Source: Kondoa subrosea
Lineage: Eukaryota
DNA length: 64,000 nucleotides
Direction: 5' to 3'
Assembly: GCA_039545335.1 (NCBI GenBank)
Contig: BCIN01000004.1
Span: forward strand, 796,925-860,924
How positions within the stretch are numbered: position 1 is the stretch's first letter; each line of letters opens with the position of its first letter. The notes under the pieces were generated by a model. The model was not told the origin of the DNA, searched no databases, and was given only the letters and a program-made list of their open reading frames with translations. Below are positions 26,764 through 39,366 of the stretch, piece by piece. Both the position numbers and the translations under genes were made by a program.

Positions 26764-27197
26764 GGGTGGAAATTTCGTTAATCTAGCTTCAACCAATGGC
26801 CCTTTCGCCTCAGACACTACCAATATACTGCTTCACCTGATTTCGTTCATCTGGAGCACACAAGTAACTGATCTCCAGTGGTGTTGGCAATTTCGACATA
26901 GGATGATTTACATGCTGACAAATTTTCCCGCCAGATTTCCAGAGACATCCTGGAGAGAGGATTTCAAGGTCTCAGTAGAGCATTCTAATACCACCATCTA
27001 CAACATCAGCGACATGCTGTAGTGTATGGAGATGATATTAGCTCTCTCTCACTGTGCTGAATGATGCTGCTTGCCCACTTCAAAATGCGCGCTGTGCACA
27101 AAGTCCAAGCTATGCTGCTCAAGCACGTTTCTCCCTTTTCCCTTTGTTCTTCTTGCTATCGTCTACAGCTGCTTCTCTTCTTCCATCCTTCCTTCAT

Positions 27198-27960
27198 ATG
27201 TTGAACCTTCGTATTCGGTCAGCAGTCGCAAAAGATGTCGCGGCTCTTGCAGACCTTTACACTCGCTCATCCGAGCAAAGCGCACTAGCAAATTTCGTTC
27301 AACCTCAGATCAAGAGCTCAAAGGTCTCCTTCCTTGCTTTAGAAACCTTCAAGCGAAGATTAGGCGAGACCTCTGTTGCTGAAATCAGGATCAAGAACTT
27401 CTGGACAGTCGTCGGAATGGTGATGTATCAGTCTGCTGGACCACTCAAGAGACCTACAGAGGAAGAAATGGCAGCGAAAGGTTAGTCCGAGGCTTTAAAT
27501 TTGGGGATCGGTCTGACCGCAATGATAGAGCTCATCAGATCGTGCGAAGATCAGTATAGGCGCGATCTAGTCAACCAAGCGCTGAAGGAGAGGGAATCGA
27601 GGTGAAATTTCCCATTTCGAGGCTATCTTCTTGGCTGAATTTCCTTCGAAAGATACTTCGCAGGCCATATCAAAGCAGAGATGCATTTCGATCCTTCCTT
27701 TGCTCATCTGAGGTACGATGATTTGCCTATCGTGAAGTCTGCAGCTCATTGCCAACAGCATTGAGAGTGCACTTTCGCAACATGTCAAGGATGTAGCCAA
27801 TCGTCTTCAACTCCCAATCTGTCTCATTTCTGACTCGCCAAATCAGTGCTTCGATACTCTCGAGCGCGTTGTCATCCAAGACGATCGCCCAAGTCTGAAA
27901 CGATCATTGCTTCTTTCGATCCAATCATACAGCCCGATAACGAGCGCAAGAATAGAATGA
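27198..27960 (+). CDS. Divergent GNAT-fold protein, three introns
   Basis: MLNLRIRSAVAKDVAALADL GNAT-type start. Introns at 27481-27528 (GTTAGT..CTGAC..TAG), ~27602-27652 and ~27713-27758 restore an open frame ending ...SARIE*. Confidence 0.65.
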
Positions 27961-27989
27961 ATTGACAATTCAGGTATACATTGTACGAT

Positions 27990-29110
27990 GACAGAAAGCA
28001 AGAGCTACGGTAATCCGATGCTATGTCTTTCATTGACACGGGCAAGACAGGCCTGAGAGGTTTTGACAAACTTGCCAATGGCTTCCAGTTGACTTAGAGC
28101 GGCCACTGCATTTGCCTGCTAATCGCTTCATACCCACAGAACCAGTTAGCATAGCTGAATATCGAGCTCTTGATACCCTTTCACTGGAATCCCGGGCTTG
28201 CATACATTGGCCAGCAAGCTTCCTCCATTGAAAACATGAAAGCGGTGTAGCAGTGGAAGGATTGTGTGCTGGTTGTGATGTGGTCGCCTGAACGTATACT
28301 GTGATGGACCTGCGCAGCCTGATTGGATCTCGTCTGGCCCAGGCTGGCCTTTCTTTGCTGAAATCAAACAAGGTCTTTGCGAGGCATTTGGACATCACTG
28401 CTTGACTTGTGAATGGTAGCGGGGTCGAGAGCAGAAATGTATGCTCATACTTCAGCACTCGAGCGATTCCAGCAGTCAGATAGGATTGATCTGCGAAGCA
28501 ATGCAGCGGTTTGCTTGATCGGCAAATTATAAAGCTCTCATCATCATTTCTCTTGCTCAGGAATCAGCTCGGCTTGTCACGATCTGTTGTATCCGGCCGT
28601 ACTGGATTCATCGAATGCACTACTCCGCATATTTGTGCGCTTGCAAATAATCTCGATACACGCATCGTACAAAAGATCGAGCTGCAAAAGTGTCGACCTT
28701 CTTAATGGCCTTACCACGACAAGCGGAAGAGAAGAGACTACTTCGCACCGCTTGACTGCTTTCACAAAGTCTCCTTTGCAGCTCTTCCTCGAATCAGAAA
28801 GTGCTGTTCTCGCTTTGTTTTGTCAGCTGCGGTTCATCTACGAGCAGATTTTCAGATATGTATTGCGAACACTGCCATTCGCTCTACTTTCAAGACTTGC
28901 TGCATCAAATTTGTACCTGTTCACAAGATAGTCAGAATTGTCCTGAAGCGGAAAAGCACTCACCACCTATAAAGCAGCAGTAAAAGATGTCCAGCATACT
29001 GTGATGCAATCGCGATTCCGGCTTTGAGTTCGCCGTATCGAATCAGTGCAATCTACGATTTCGCCTTCGTTCGTCAAGTGAGCCATTCCTTTTTGCCTGC
29101 TCAACGGTCA
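27990..29110 (-). other. Unresolved intron-containing or decayed gene
   Basis: Clear minus-strand intron gtgagt...ctgac...aacag near 28917-28963 flanked by an open frame (LLLLLYRW|YKFDAAS). A full ORF could not be built. Confidence 0.25.
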
Positions 29111-30137
29111 TGAATGCTTGCGTATCACTCTGGACGTACTATGATTCTGTCAGTAATCAAGAAGAATCAGTCACTTTACATTTTTCAGCTTTGTCGTCTC
29201 CAGCAAAGGAGAACTCTACTGGCGGGCCAGAGCGAAACGGACTACGGACAGGACCGATAGTACTCGAGATCGGTTCGGCGCTTCACATCATACTTGCAAG
29301 ACGATACTGTACGGCCAAAGAATTTTGACGAAAATCGCGCCCAGATCAATCTCTGGTGTTCCCACACCGAGTATGAGCGCGTCAAATACCGGTTCGCGGG
29401 AGTTTGGCTGAGTGGTCTAAAGGTTGGTCTGCCCTGGTCGCTCGGTCTGGATCTGTCTGACTTGGATTTGCAGCGGTAGCCTAGAATTTCATAGTTCAGC
29501 TATTATCCTCTGGATGCGTAGGTTCAAAGTCAGTAGCTCAGATGTTGTTATGGTTCTCCGTCTGATCTGAGTGTTACAACAGTCCTGCAGCTCTCGAACC
29601 GATTCAACTTTTTTTTGGGTGGAAATTTCGTTAATCTAGCTTCAACCAATGGCCCTTTCGCCTCAGACACTACCAATATACTGCTTCACCTGATTTCGTT
29701 CAACTGGCGTACCCGAGTTATTGAATTCCAGCGGTGTTGGCAAATTCGACATAGGATGATTTACATGCTGACAAATTTTCCCGCCAGATTTCCAGAGACA
29801 TCCTGGAGAGAGGATTTCAAGGTCTCAGTAGAGCATTCTAATACCACCATCTACAACATCAGCGACATGCTGTAGTGTATGGAGATGATATTAGCTCTCT
29901 GTCACTGTGCTGAATGATGCTGCTTGCCCACTTCACAATGCGCGCTGTGCACAAAGTCCAAGCTATGCTGCCTAAACACAGCGCCATTTCTCCCTTTTCC
30001 CTTGGATCTTCTTGCTATCGTCTACAGTTGCTTCTCTTCTTCCATCCTCCTTCGCATGTCGGACCTTCGCATTCGGTCAGCAGTCGCGAAAGATGTCGCG
30101 GCTCTTGCAGACCTTTACACTCGCTCATGGGAGCAAA
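29061..30137. repeat. Direct repeat copy 2 (~1.07 kb) of 26207-27279
   Basis: Same sequence as copy 1; ends inside the duplicated GNAT 5' end. Confidence 0.97.
29398..29596 (+). tRNA. tRNA-Ser(AGA), second identical copy; introns 29423-29473, 29487-29497, 29529-29582
   Basis: Identical to 26544-26742; followed by T8 at 29609-29616. Confidence 0.88.
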
Positions 30138-30151
30138 TGCGGAATGAATGA
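30056..30151 (+). pseudogene. Truncated duplicate of the GNAT 5' end
   Basis: MSDLRIRSAVAKDVAALADLYTRSWEQMRNE*; homology to the gene at 27198 stops at the repeat boundary. Confidence 0.75.
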
Positions 30152-30261
30152 CAAACCAGGTATCCATTGTATGATGATGGAAAGAAAACTTCACAATCTA
30201 AATAAAGTCTTTTCAAATGTCCTTTGTATATATCATTCCCGTGATTTTTCTCCTCCCTCTT

Positions 30262-31501
30262 TCAAACCACATGCCCATCATTGTTCGTTCGCCTTGTTGC
30301 AGGCTCATCGTTCAGCTCTACTCCTCTTAACGTTGTTTCCGAAGTATCGTAACCTCCTCCTTCTTTTTCTTGAGGAGGTGCTTTGAAATCGCCTCCCTGA
30401 ATTTTCGAGTAATCAGCTTCTTGCCTTCAAGAAAAGATTACAAATACAACGCACTGCATAGCCTGGAGGACCTTGTTGATCATAGGGACCATAAGTAGGT
30501 GGTGCGTATTGACCAGAAGGAGGTGCACCGTAACCTGGAGTATAGGCAGGTGCTTGGAAAGGCGCATCCTGAGAGTATGGATTCATTTGATAAGCTGCGG
30601 AAGGTGCGTTCATGCGTAAGTTTTGTGGGTTCTTGGATTGATGATAGTATGCTGCTGCTAGTGATGTAGAGAAGGCCTATGAAAGAGCTGAGTTTAATTC
30701 TACTGGAGTATGGATGAGAGTCCTCACGCCGAAGATAGCCAGACCGATAAGCCATGCGCTGAGTTCTGATCAGATACAGTAAATACGAGATACGACGCAG
30801 CTCACATCACATATGCTATAGTTCTCTTCCAACTACCAAAACACATCAGCTGAACGGTCTGAGTACCAGAGACATGTTTAAACGCACAGAGTCTCGCAGT
30901 CCTCTTGAGAATTCTGAGGTATGTCTACCAGCGGACTGTTCGAGTAGTAATCTGAATCGCCTCCAGAGACGCATTGCGCAATAATATCCTTTTTGAAGAC
31001 GAAATGGAACACTATCCGGCAGACGATGGAGACTAGAAGAAGACCGGCGCTAACGAAAGCTAGGTACATGTACATCTTGATGAGTTTCAGCCGTCTCTGT
31101 TCGTGGACGCATCAGTTTTATATTACTTCATATGCAAATAAATGACATACTGTTGCTGCTGCTATCAGACCATACGTTTCTATACAGCCTATCGCTATAC
31201 AGAGACCTCCCATAACGCCGTCTGAAATCTTCAATCCAGAGGTTTCACCCTCGCTTTTAGTCTTTTGGTCAAGCTTGCTCTGTCTTATGCATCAACTGAC
31301 TCACTCATTCAGTGCTTTGAGATAGCCAGTGCCGACTATGAAGGACCATATCATGCCTAAAAAATACAGCAATGTTTCAGCACGAAATCTCGTCAATTGC
31401 TTAAAGGAAACAGGCTGACCAATGGTAGTAAAGAAGATTACAATAGGTCTTAAATCTTTCTTGTACGCGCGAGTAACCACTCTAGCATCTAGAAATCCCA
31501 T
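30262..31501 (-). CDS. Multi-pass membrane protein with P/Y/G-rich C-terminal tail
   Basis: Several hydrophobic exons (GMIWSFIVG, GGLCIAIGCIETYGLIAA, YLAFVSAGLLLVSIV) and YAPPTY/PPGY motifs. Confidence 0.75.
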
Positions 31502-31723
31502 AGACCAATGAGCTTGGAGAAATCAATAAACAGGAGGAGGGCAAGAGCAGACAAGCAGGAGGTGGTGCTGTATCTAATTCTCGTGTGGTATTCATGGTTG
31601 CTTGCTCAGGGTATAGCTCGAAGAAGCAAGAACACGTTTATGGTTGACTTCTGTTGAACGCAAATGACCTGAAACAAAGGAAGGCGCTGAAAATGCCAAC
31701 GAATCTACAAATCATGCTATGTG

Positions 31724-33055
31724 CTATAGTACATCACCAAGCTTATGCGTCGCGCTTCCTCTTGCTGCAGGTTTCGGCTGATTTGCAGAAGGTTTCCATC
31801 CAATCTATCTCGCGACAATTTAGCTTTGTCGTACAGTGACAGCGAATCAACGCACTGCATATATGACCTGGAAAGTAGCAGGAACTGTTCCGTCTTCATT
31901 CCCATGTAGTGCTGTTCAAATTGCTCGATACCAATCTCAATGAGAACGGAGAGGAACTTACCTGAATAAATCGCACTGGCAGCCATCAACTCATCTCTAG
32001 GCAGACTTGCAGCTCTATGCCAAACAGCGTTACTTTCTCCCATTGCGCGCAAATCTTCCATCAATTCAATCATTGAAGGGTAATTGATCTTGATCTCATC
32101 CACATCAATCGTAGGTAGAGCGAAACCAGCTCGCGATATCAGGTTGGTCAGTGATTGAGAATCGGTCATTGGTGATACGCGTGGTGTGAGACCGCCCGAT
32201 CGTTCGAGAGAAGCGAGTTGGAGTGAAGTTCTGCTCAGTGGTCAAAGGATTCATACAAAAGAGAAGAGGACCTTACCGAAGTTCGAAAAGCGTGTCACCG
32301 CCTAACATAGCGCAAAGAAAAGCTCCATCTGGTCTTAATGTCCGCCGCACTTGTATCAGTACTCCTATAAAAGGCAAGTCTTTGAGCCGGACACCAGATT
32401 GGAAGCATTCGTGCAACGTACCAGGTAGATCATTCACCCAATGCATGCCCATACTAGACATGATACAATCTTGCGAATTCTCTTCAAACGGTAGAAGCTC
32501 GTTATCGGAAAGCAATACTCGTTCGACCGGAACTTGAAAGGCAATAAGGCGGTTTCTAAAGGTATACCGTTGATAACTTACTGTCATACTCTATATCTTG
32601 ATCCCTGTACAATGTCTTCTCTGTTTACGTATGAGTATAAAACATTGGAGACAAATGGAATAGGCTCACCCGAAGAATCGACCATTGTTACTTTCTGAGT
32701 GATTTCAGGCTCCATTTCTTTGATTATATGACCAGCACCAGAGTAGAGATCCATAATAGAAGGAAATCGACGTTTGATATCCTGGACATCCGATTACAAG
32801 AAGATCACATAAGAAACGCGATGACACAAAAAAGCGAAAGCAAAGAAGTACAAGTAAACGATCTACCATAACAGCAGCTAACTCATCGCGAACATAATCT
32901 GTAAGTCTGCTGGTTTCAACATCTGATGCAGCTCTGTTGCGCTGAGCGAGTTTCGATCGAGAATCAAAGACATTCAATGCAGAAGAAGGAGCTAAAGGAG
33001 AGGTGGATATAGAAGTAGCCAGCGATCTGACCAATTTCGGGACTGGCCCTCGCAT
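31724..33055 (-). CDS. NDUFAF5-like SAM-dependent methyltransferase-fold complex I assembly factor
   Basis: Mitochondrial presequence, VFDSRSKLAQRNRAA, MHWVNDLPG, AMLGGDTLFELR, LTPRVSPM, DLRAMGESNA, IGWKPS. Confidence 0.92.
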
Positions 33056-33179
33056 GTCGAACACACCCTCGTTTCAGGAAAAACAGCAACATTCTTGTTC
33101 GGAAACAGTCACACGCGAAATTGAAGCCCAGGATAGGAGGAGTGACAGTGGACAGACACTGTGTTGGATACCCAGGACT

Positions 33180-35038
33180 ATGACTACCTTACGACTAGAT
33201 ACACTGTTGCTTTCGCCAGCTTCCAAGTGGGCTGAATTTGGTACTTCGAGCCCTGATCTAGGCCATGGAAGGGAGAATGAGAGGATGCGGTTTATGACGC
33301 CTTTACCGTCGCCTTCAGAGTATGGGTCGCAATTAGGGCATGGGTCAATAGCAAATGGCAGACAGAGGCAGGTATCAGATGCTGGAAGCGATACTTCTTC
33401 TGTCAAATCAGCTCGCAAGAGTAGGACTATGGACTTCTTCAACTCTCCTGTAGCAGTATCCAAGCCTGTCTTCCCTCCTTCAACTTCACTTTCAGCTTCC
33501 ACATCAAGTAAACAGCCTGAACATGGATTGTCCGCAAGCTATACTTCTCGACAGACGCGCTCAGTATCTGATGCTTCTTCTTCTCGATCTCTATCTCCAC
33601 CTTCACCGCGTAGTCGTTCGAATCGGTCAGAAAGACAAGATCTGTCAGCTGAATCTTCGACTTCCCTCAACTCACCTTCCAAACCTTACAGCGGCAAACA
33701 AGGTCCTATAGGCTTGGGCAACTCACCAAAGAAGTATCTTAATCAAGATGGAACCTTGCCATTGAATCCACCAAGTCGATATCCTACAATCCTCCGACCG
33801 AGACAAAGAGCTTCTTCAGGTGCACAAGAAATATCAGATCGTCTTTCGGATCATGTAGTATCTCCTGTAGAAGCAACATCACCTACTGATCTTATACCTT
33901 TACCTGAAGAAGAACAAGATCCAGAACTCAAGCCTGGAACGTTTTTGAATCCTGAATACAAGATCCTCCGCTTACTAGGCAAAGGCGCTTTTAGTAAGGT
34001 GGTTCTAGCAGAACCAATAGCAGAAAGAGACAAGAAACCAGTTGCTATCAAGTTGGTGGATCGAAAAACATGTCAAAAGAATGATCGAATGCGAACAAGT
34101 GTCATGAGAGAAGTTGAAGTTCTCAAGCACATACATCACCCTTCTCTTATACATCTCCTCACTTCCTTCAACACTATGAGATATACTTGTCTGGTGCTCG
34201 AATTCGCGCCTGGGGGAGAACTTTTCGATCTGCTGGCAACTCATCATGACCGATTTACTGAACCTTTTGTACGGAGAATATTCGGAGAATTGGTGGATGT
34301 AATTGGTTGGATGCACAGTATTGGTTTAGTGCATCGAGATATCAAGTTGGAGAGTCAGTTTCATTCTTTCTGATTTATAATGCCTGGAACCGATCTTTCT
34401 TCTTGTATGCAGATATTATTCTCACAGCACATCCTTTCTCCTCACTGTCTACTTCTTTACCTTCACCTCTAATCAAACTTTCCGATTTTGGTCTTTCTCG
34501 ATTCATCAACTTATCTGAACCTACTTTACAAACAAGATGTGGTTCTGAAGAATACGCAGCGCCTGAATTGATCATGGGTCAATCTTACGATGGTCGACAA
34601 ACAGACGCATGGGCATTAGGCGTAGTCTTGTTCGCGTTACTTACTGGAGCTTTACCTTTCCTTGCCAACACAACAGAAAGGGAATCAGAATATTCAAGAC
34701 GAGCAGTATCTTCGCCAGTGGATATGAAAGCTCGGAAAACATATTTGATGAAGATTGCTCGAGCAGATTATCGCTGGCCTGCTGTCAATACAGCAGAAGG
34801 AGCAACGAATACCTTGGTTAATGAGAAAAGCAAACAAGTAGCAGACCGATTGTTGGTCCGCGTACCTGCTTCAAGAGCCAAAGTGGATGATTTATGGGAT
34901 TTAGAATGGATGCAAGGATCTGAAAGAAGAGCTCGAAGTGAAAGTTTGGATCAAGATCAAAGAGATGTTTGGTATCTACCTGAAACGAAAGTTGACCGCT
35001 TGCTGCATTCCGAAGATGGAGAAGGAGAAGTGTTGTAA
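33180..35038 (+). CDS. Ser/Thr protein kinase (CAMK group, Prr1/Nnk1-like)
   Basis: LGKGAFSKV, VAIK, HRDIKLE, DFGLSR, RCGSEEYAAPE, DAWALGV; one intron near 34353-34412. Confidence 0.93.
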
Positions 35039-35210
35039 TGCACGCTGTAGTAGTGTTTTTCTTTTGTGTACATTACTCTTTTTGTTTGACCGTTCAGATG
35101 TAAAACCGTTATTTTGTTGTAATCATGCATTGGACAGGGGAAGGAATTCTATGTATTGCATATCGCTTTTGCGAAGTCTATCATATGAAAATAGTTAAGT
35201 AGAGACAGCT

Positions 35211-36960
35211 CTAGGACCCTCTTGGAAGCTGCCGATCTGCATGAGCTACTTCGTATTCCGCCAGAAATCGATCCTTGCACAACAGCTTGAAGCCGACATT
35301 TGGCTTGGTAGGGTCAAGCACGAAATCATCGCCGATTCCAGGCACAACGTCTAGCTCTGATGCAGAAGGATGTCGACGTGGTGTGTGATCGTGCTTGTGA
35401 ACTGCAGTCAAGAATTCAAGAATAGGCTTCGAGATCCATCTTCGCTTAGAGCCCGTGAACCAACCGATGTGACCTCCGCTGACGGCATAGTCAGCAGTGA
35501 ATCCGTATACATTTTGCGACCTACTGCTTTGTTGTTGCAAGAGCTAGATTAGACTTCTGCCGGAAAATACCTAGCGGTACAGAGCTGTATGCAGTGATGG
35601 GATCGCTCTCGCTGGTATATAAATTCAGTTACCTTGTGTTTACAATGCAGCTTGCTCACCTGTGGAAAGCCAGAAGAGGAATAGTGACGTTGGATAGATC
35701 GAAAGCGCTCGAAGCGGCGACGTAGTAGTCATCGACAGATTTGTATCCCCATACGCGAGCAGTGAAGTCTCTATCGAACTCGTATAAAGACTGCTTCGGC
35801 TTCTGCAACGCGCACTTCCAGGAAAATCTAGAATCCGTCTCGAACAGATGTCGATACTTCACAACGATACGACGGAGATTGCTGGCCATTTGACGAGAAT
35901 AAAACCTTCCAGACCATGAGGAGGCGAAGCCTGACATGAGCTTGTGAAAGTCCCAAGGATTGCTGATGATGCAAACTGCTTTCAAGATTGTGTCATCGCC
36001 ATCTTCGCCCGCAAGCTTCGTGAGAATATTAGAGCCAAGACTGAAGCCGACTATGGCAGTCAAGAAGCGTAAACATGAGCGAACAGAAGTTGCTATTGAG
36101 GAGGCTCTTGACTTACCTCCGTACAAAGGTGACCGAGCTAATTTAAAGCAGTCTAGCAATTGATTACTCGGTTTGGGCAAGGAAAATGACTTACGAAAGC
36201 GCCGATTCAAGTGAAGTAGAGTGCAACGAGCATCGTCAGAATAGCTAGCGCTATTTTAAGTAGTCAGCTCATTCGACAAAGGACTTCATGCCAAGTCATT
36301 CACTTGTAAAGTTGAGCGGTTGATAGGTATGCAGCAGGACCGCACCCTCTTGCATGCATGACAACAGTTTGCCAGCCTGAATCGACGGCTTCCTTACTAC
36401 CGATCGGACGCACGACTCGTGACTTCCTGCTCAAGGTATCTCAGTCTTCTGAGGATCAAGGCAAGTCAGAGGTAGCAGGAACGTACCGCCACACACGCTA
36501 TGCAGAACGAGAAGAACAGGTCGACCATCTGGTGTATCATCTTGCAAAGGCGGCGAGAAGTCTAAGCTCAGGTTGCCTCCATCGGGAAGGCCAATATATT
36601 GTCGCTCGTAAAGTACTTCATCAACGGTCGTAAAGTCTCCACTGTACTGGTCATTAGCCATGTCTTCAACGAAAACAGACTCAAGAGAACTTACAGAGCA
36701 TTGAAAAGCATTTGTGAATGGCCCGAAAGAAGATGCAAAGGCGGTGTATAGTAAGATTTTAGAGAAGGACAATTATCCAGAATGGCACGCAGGATTGGAT
36801 CTATTCGAGGAGCATGGATAAGGGAGACCTTCGACGATAGACCTAGAGGAACAAGGAGGAACTGGATGATGACGTCCCCGAGAGCTCGAATGGGAAAGCA
36901 TTCCAATATACGTCCACGAGCGAAGGCCAGGATAGATAAGGAGTCTCGAAGGGTATACAT
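35211..36960 (-). pseudogene. ABHD/YheT (Eht1/Eeb1-like) alpha/beta hydrolase with a 1-nt frameshift
   Basis: GFSLG nucleophile, ESDP and GGHIG motifs. SHESCVRSVV is out of frame with EAVDSGWQTVVMHARGCG at 36393-36395. Confidence 0.7.
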
Positions 36961-37213
36961 AGGAGGAAAATACGAGACTGAGAGAGAAGAGAGCCGAAAG
37001 AAGAACTAGTCTCAGTGCGATTTGCAGCAACAAAGGGTGATAGCTCATCGGCTCAGAGCCAAATTGGACAGTCTGGCAGACGGTGACCAGACCTGTCTGT
37101 TGCGCGCAACTCGCAGGAAGAAAGACTGCAAAGCATCGATAAGGTGGTTGAGATCTTGAGAGACTCAGGGGACAACTTGACTAGAAGTCACCACTCTTTT
37201 GCCTTGGATAGAA

Positions 37214-38126
37214 ATGCCTACAGCTATATCTTCTCTATCTGAGCTGAATGCGCAATTACAGAAAGCTGGATCCAAGCTGGTCATCATAGAGCAAGTCTAG
37301 CAAGTGAATGTTTTGGTCGTAATTTGACTTCGCCTCTCTAGCTTCCAGTAAGCTCGAGCTGACACATCAAGAGACTGCTCAGCGATCGTCAGCGCCGTGT
37401 GGTGTGGACCCTGCAAAGTTATTGGTAGGTAATAGCGATTACTTAGGCAAGGCTGGAGTAGCTAACGACTTCAGCGCAGGTCCAGTCTATGAACGTTTCG
37501 AGAAGCAATACACCTCTGTAGTCTTTCTCAAATGCGATGTTGATCAAGCAAGAGATGTTGCTGCTAAGGTGAGCAACTACTTTGGAAGTGTCGCTAGAAG
37601 CTGATCGTATGTCCCTGCAGTATTCAGTATCAGCGTAAGCTGTAAATCAACACCTGTAACGCGCTTGTTAATCGCTTGCGCTAGTATGCCGACTTTCCTG
37701 TGAGTGACTATTCTGGCGACCTCTATTTGCTAATACTGGCGAATGAAGATTCCTTAAGAACAGCAATAAGATAGATCAAGTTCGTGGAGCAGATCAGCGC
37801 GGGCGAGTTAGCTTAATTCATGTTGACCGATCTGACTTACATTCCGAACGAAGGCTTGAGAATACGATCAAGAAATATATCGGAGGCTCATCTTCTGCTG
37901 ACGGTCATAGCTGGGTAATTTCAGAGCTGTTCAGCTGTAGCCTAAGCTCATACTATGACAGGGCAAAGGAAATGCTTTGGGTGACGGATCAGCGACTTCG
38001 GCACCTCTAGCTGCTCAAATACCCTCAGCGAATCAAATCACAAGCATATTTGATCAGCTAGATCAGTCGTCAAAGATCATTCTAGGCTTGGTCGCTTTGT
38101 ATATTGGCTATCTTGTACTTTCTTGA
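37214..38126 (+). CDS. Thioredoxin with C-terminal transmembrane tail
   Basis: Spliced LVIIDFHAVWCGPCKVI...KCDVD...MPTF...VRGAD; ends IILGLVALYIGYLVLS*. Confidence 0.9.
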
Positions 38127-38500
38127 TGGAAACTCTGGTAAGCACTCGACTTCATAATTATCGGGCGAATCGACACTGATATGATAACTGCAGATTGTGT
38201 AAATGTAATACAAGTTCAACTGGGAGCTTCCGTTTGACTACTCGGTTGACCGCCAAATCTCGAAAGTTGCGCTATGTCTCTCCCCTTTGTTCCAATTCAC
38301 TCTCGGAGCACTACTCCAGATCTACAGCCATCTCTGACAGGAGTCGATACTCGGTTTCTGACGCGTTCTAAGATTTACGACCGACTGCATCGACGGTCGG
38401 ACCTGAAACCATCAACAGCTCTGTATGCTATAAATTTTCCTCGTATCTCTCTTTCTCTCGTCTTCTGTCATCCCATACTTTCTAAATCAATTATATTACA

Positions 38501-39092
38501 ATGGCTACTCAACAAGCTTATCATGCTCCAAACGATTCTGTGCTGACCAGTGAGTCTCATATTCGCGTCATAAAAAGTCCGAAGCTAACATATTTCGTTA
38601 TTAGGGAACATCCTCATCGGTGTCGGAATCTCTGTGATATGCTTCTTCCTCATGGTTTGGGCAACGATAAATATGTTGTGCCGAATGTTTCAAAACCATT
38701 TCAGACATTCGACTTCTCGTTCAAGCCACCAGAGAAATCATGATTTGGAATCTGGAAGACGTTTCTTCTTTGGCAAAAAGAAATCTTATCAAAGCAGCAA
38801 TTCTTCTTTTTCAATCTCTAAACCTGAACCTGTCAAATCATCTTTCAAAACCAAACCTTTGGCTGTACCTCGATATGAACCTTCTGAAGAAATGGTTGAA
38901 GTTTGTCGATATACTCCAGCTGAATTGATGCAAGTGATTGAAGTGAATGATGGAGAGGAATTGCATGGAATTAAGGAAAAGGGACAAGTGATTCATCCGA
39001 ATATGAATATGGTTCAAGTACCGTCAAGAACTCAACCTCCTTCACATCATCAACAGCAATTCCATCATTTCGCTCATGTACAAACACCTTAA
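38501..39092 (+). CDS. Small hypothetical single-TM protein
   Basis: Short first exon, intron, hydrophobic ILIGVGISVICFFLMVWA segment, polar tail. Confidence 0.6.
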
Positions 39093-39366
39093 AGAAGAGA
39101 AGAAAACGATTGGGAGTAGATGAATAGATTTGGGTCATTGCATTGCATCTTTGGGTTTATATGTATCTCTGCATTCTTCATACTGAACTAGTTCTATCTT
39201 TATGCGTACACTCTCTTTGACCTGTGATAAACCTATGACGATCTTGTTCTTTGCATGAGGCTTCCGCGCGCAAGCTTCCGCTTCCTTTCTTGTCAACGAC
39301 TTGCCTTCTTCTAGAGTTATCTCTGGAGTATATCTTACATGCTAGATACCCTGTGAATCAGCTTCA

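Larger units (their letters stand above)
26207..27279. repeat. Direct repeat copy 1 (~1.07 kb) of 29061-30137
   Basis: Visual alignment at offset 2854; near-identical core with local divergent patches. Confidence 0.97.

Noticed and set aside
27483..27485. In-frame TAG suggesting a GNAT pseudogene
   Set aside because: It lies in the donor GTTAGT of a 48-nt intron with a CTGAC branch site; splicing restores the frame.
26207..30137. Direct repeats as LTRs of a retrotransposon
   Set aside because: No TG...CA ends, target-site duplication or gag/pol between the copies; the repeat contains a tRNA and a host gene start.
33003..33179. N-terminal extension of the kinase ORF overlapping NDUFAF5
   Set aside because: Starts at GTG and is antisense to a conserved gene; ATG 33180 is more plausible.
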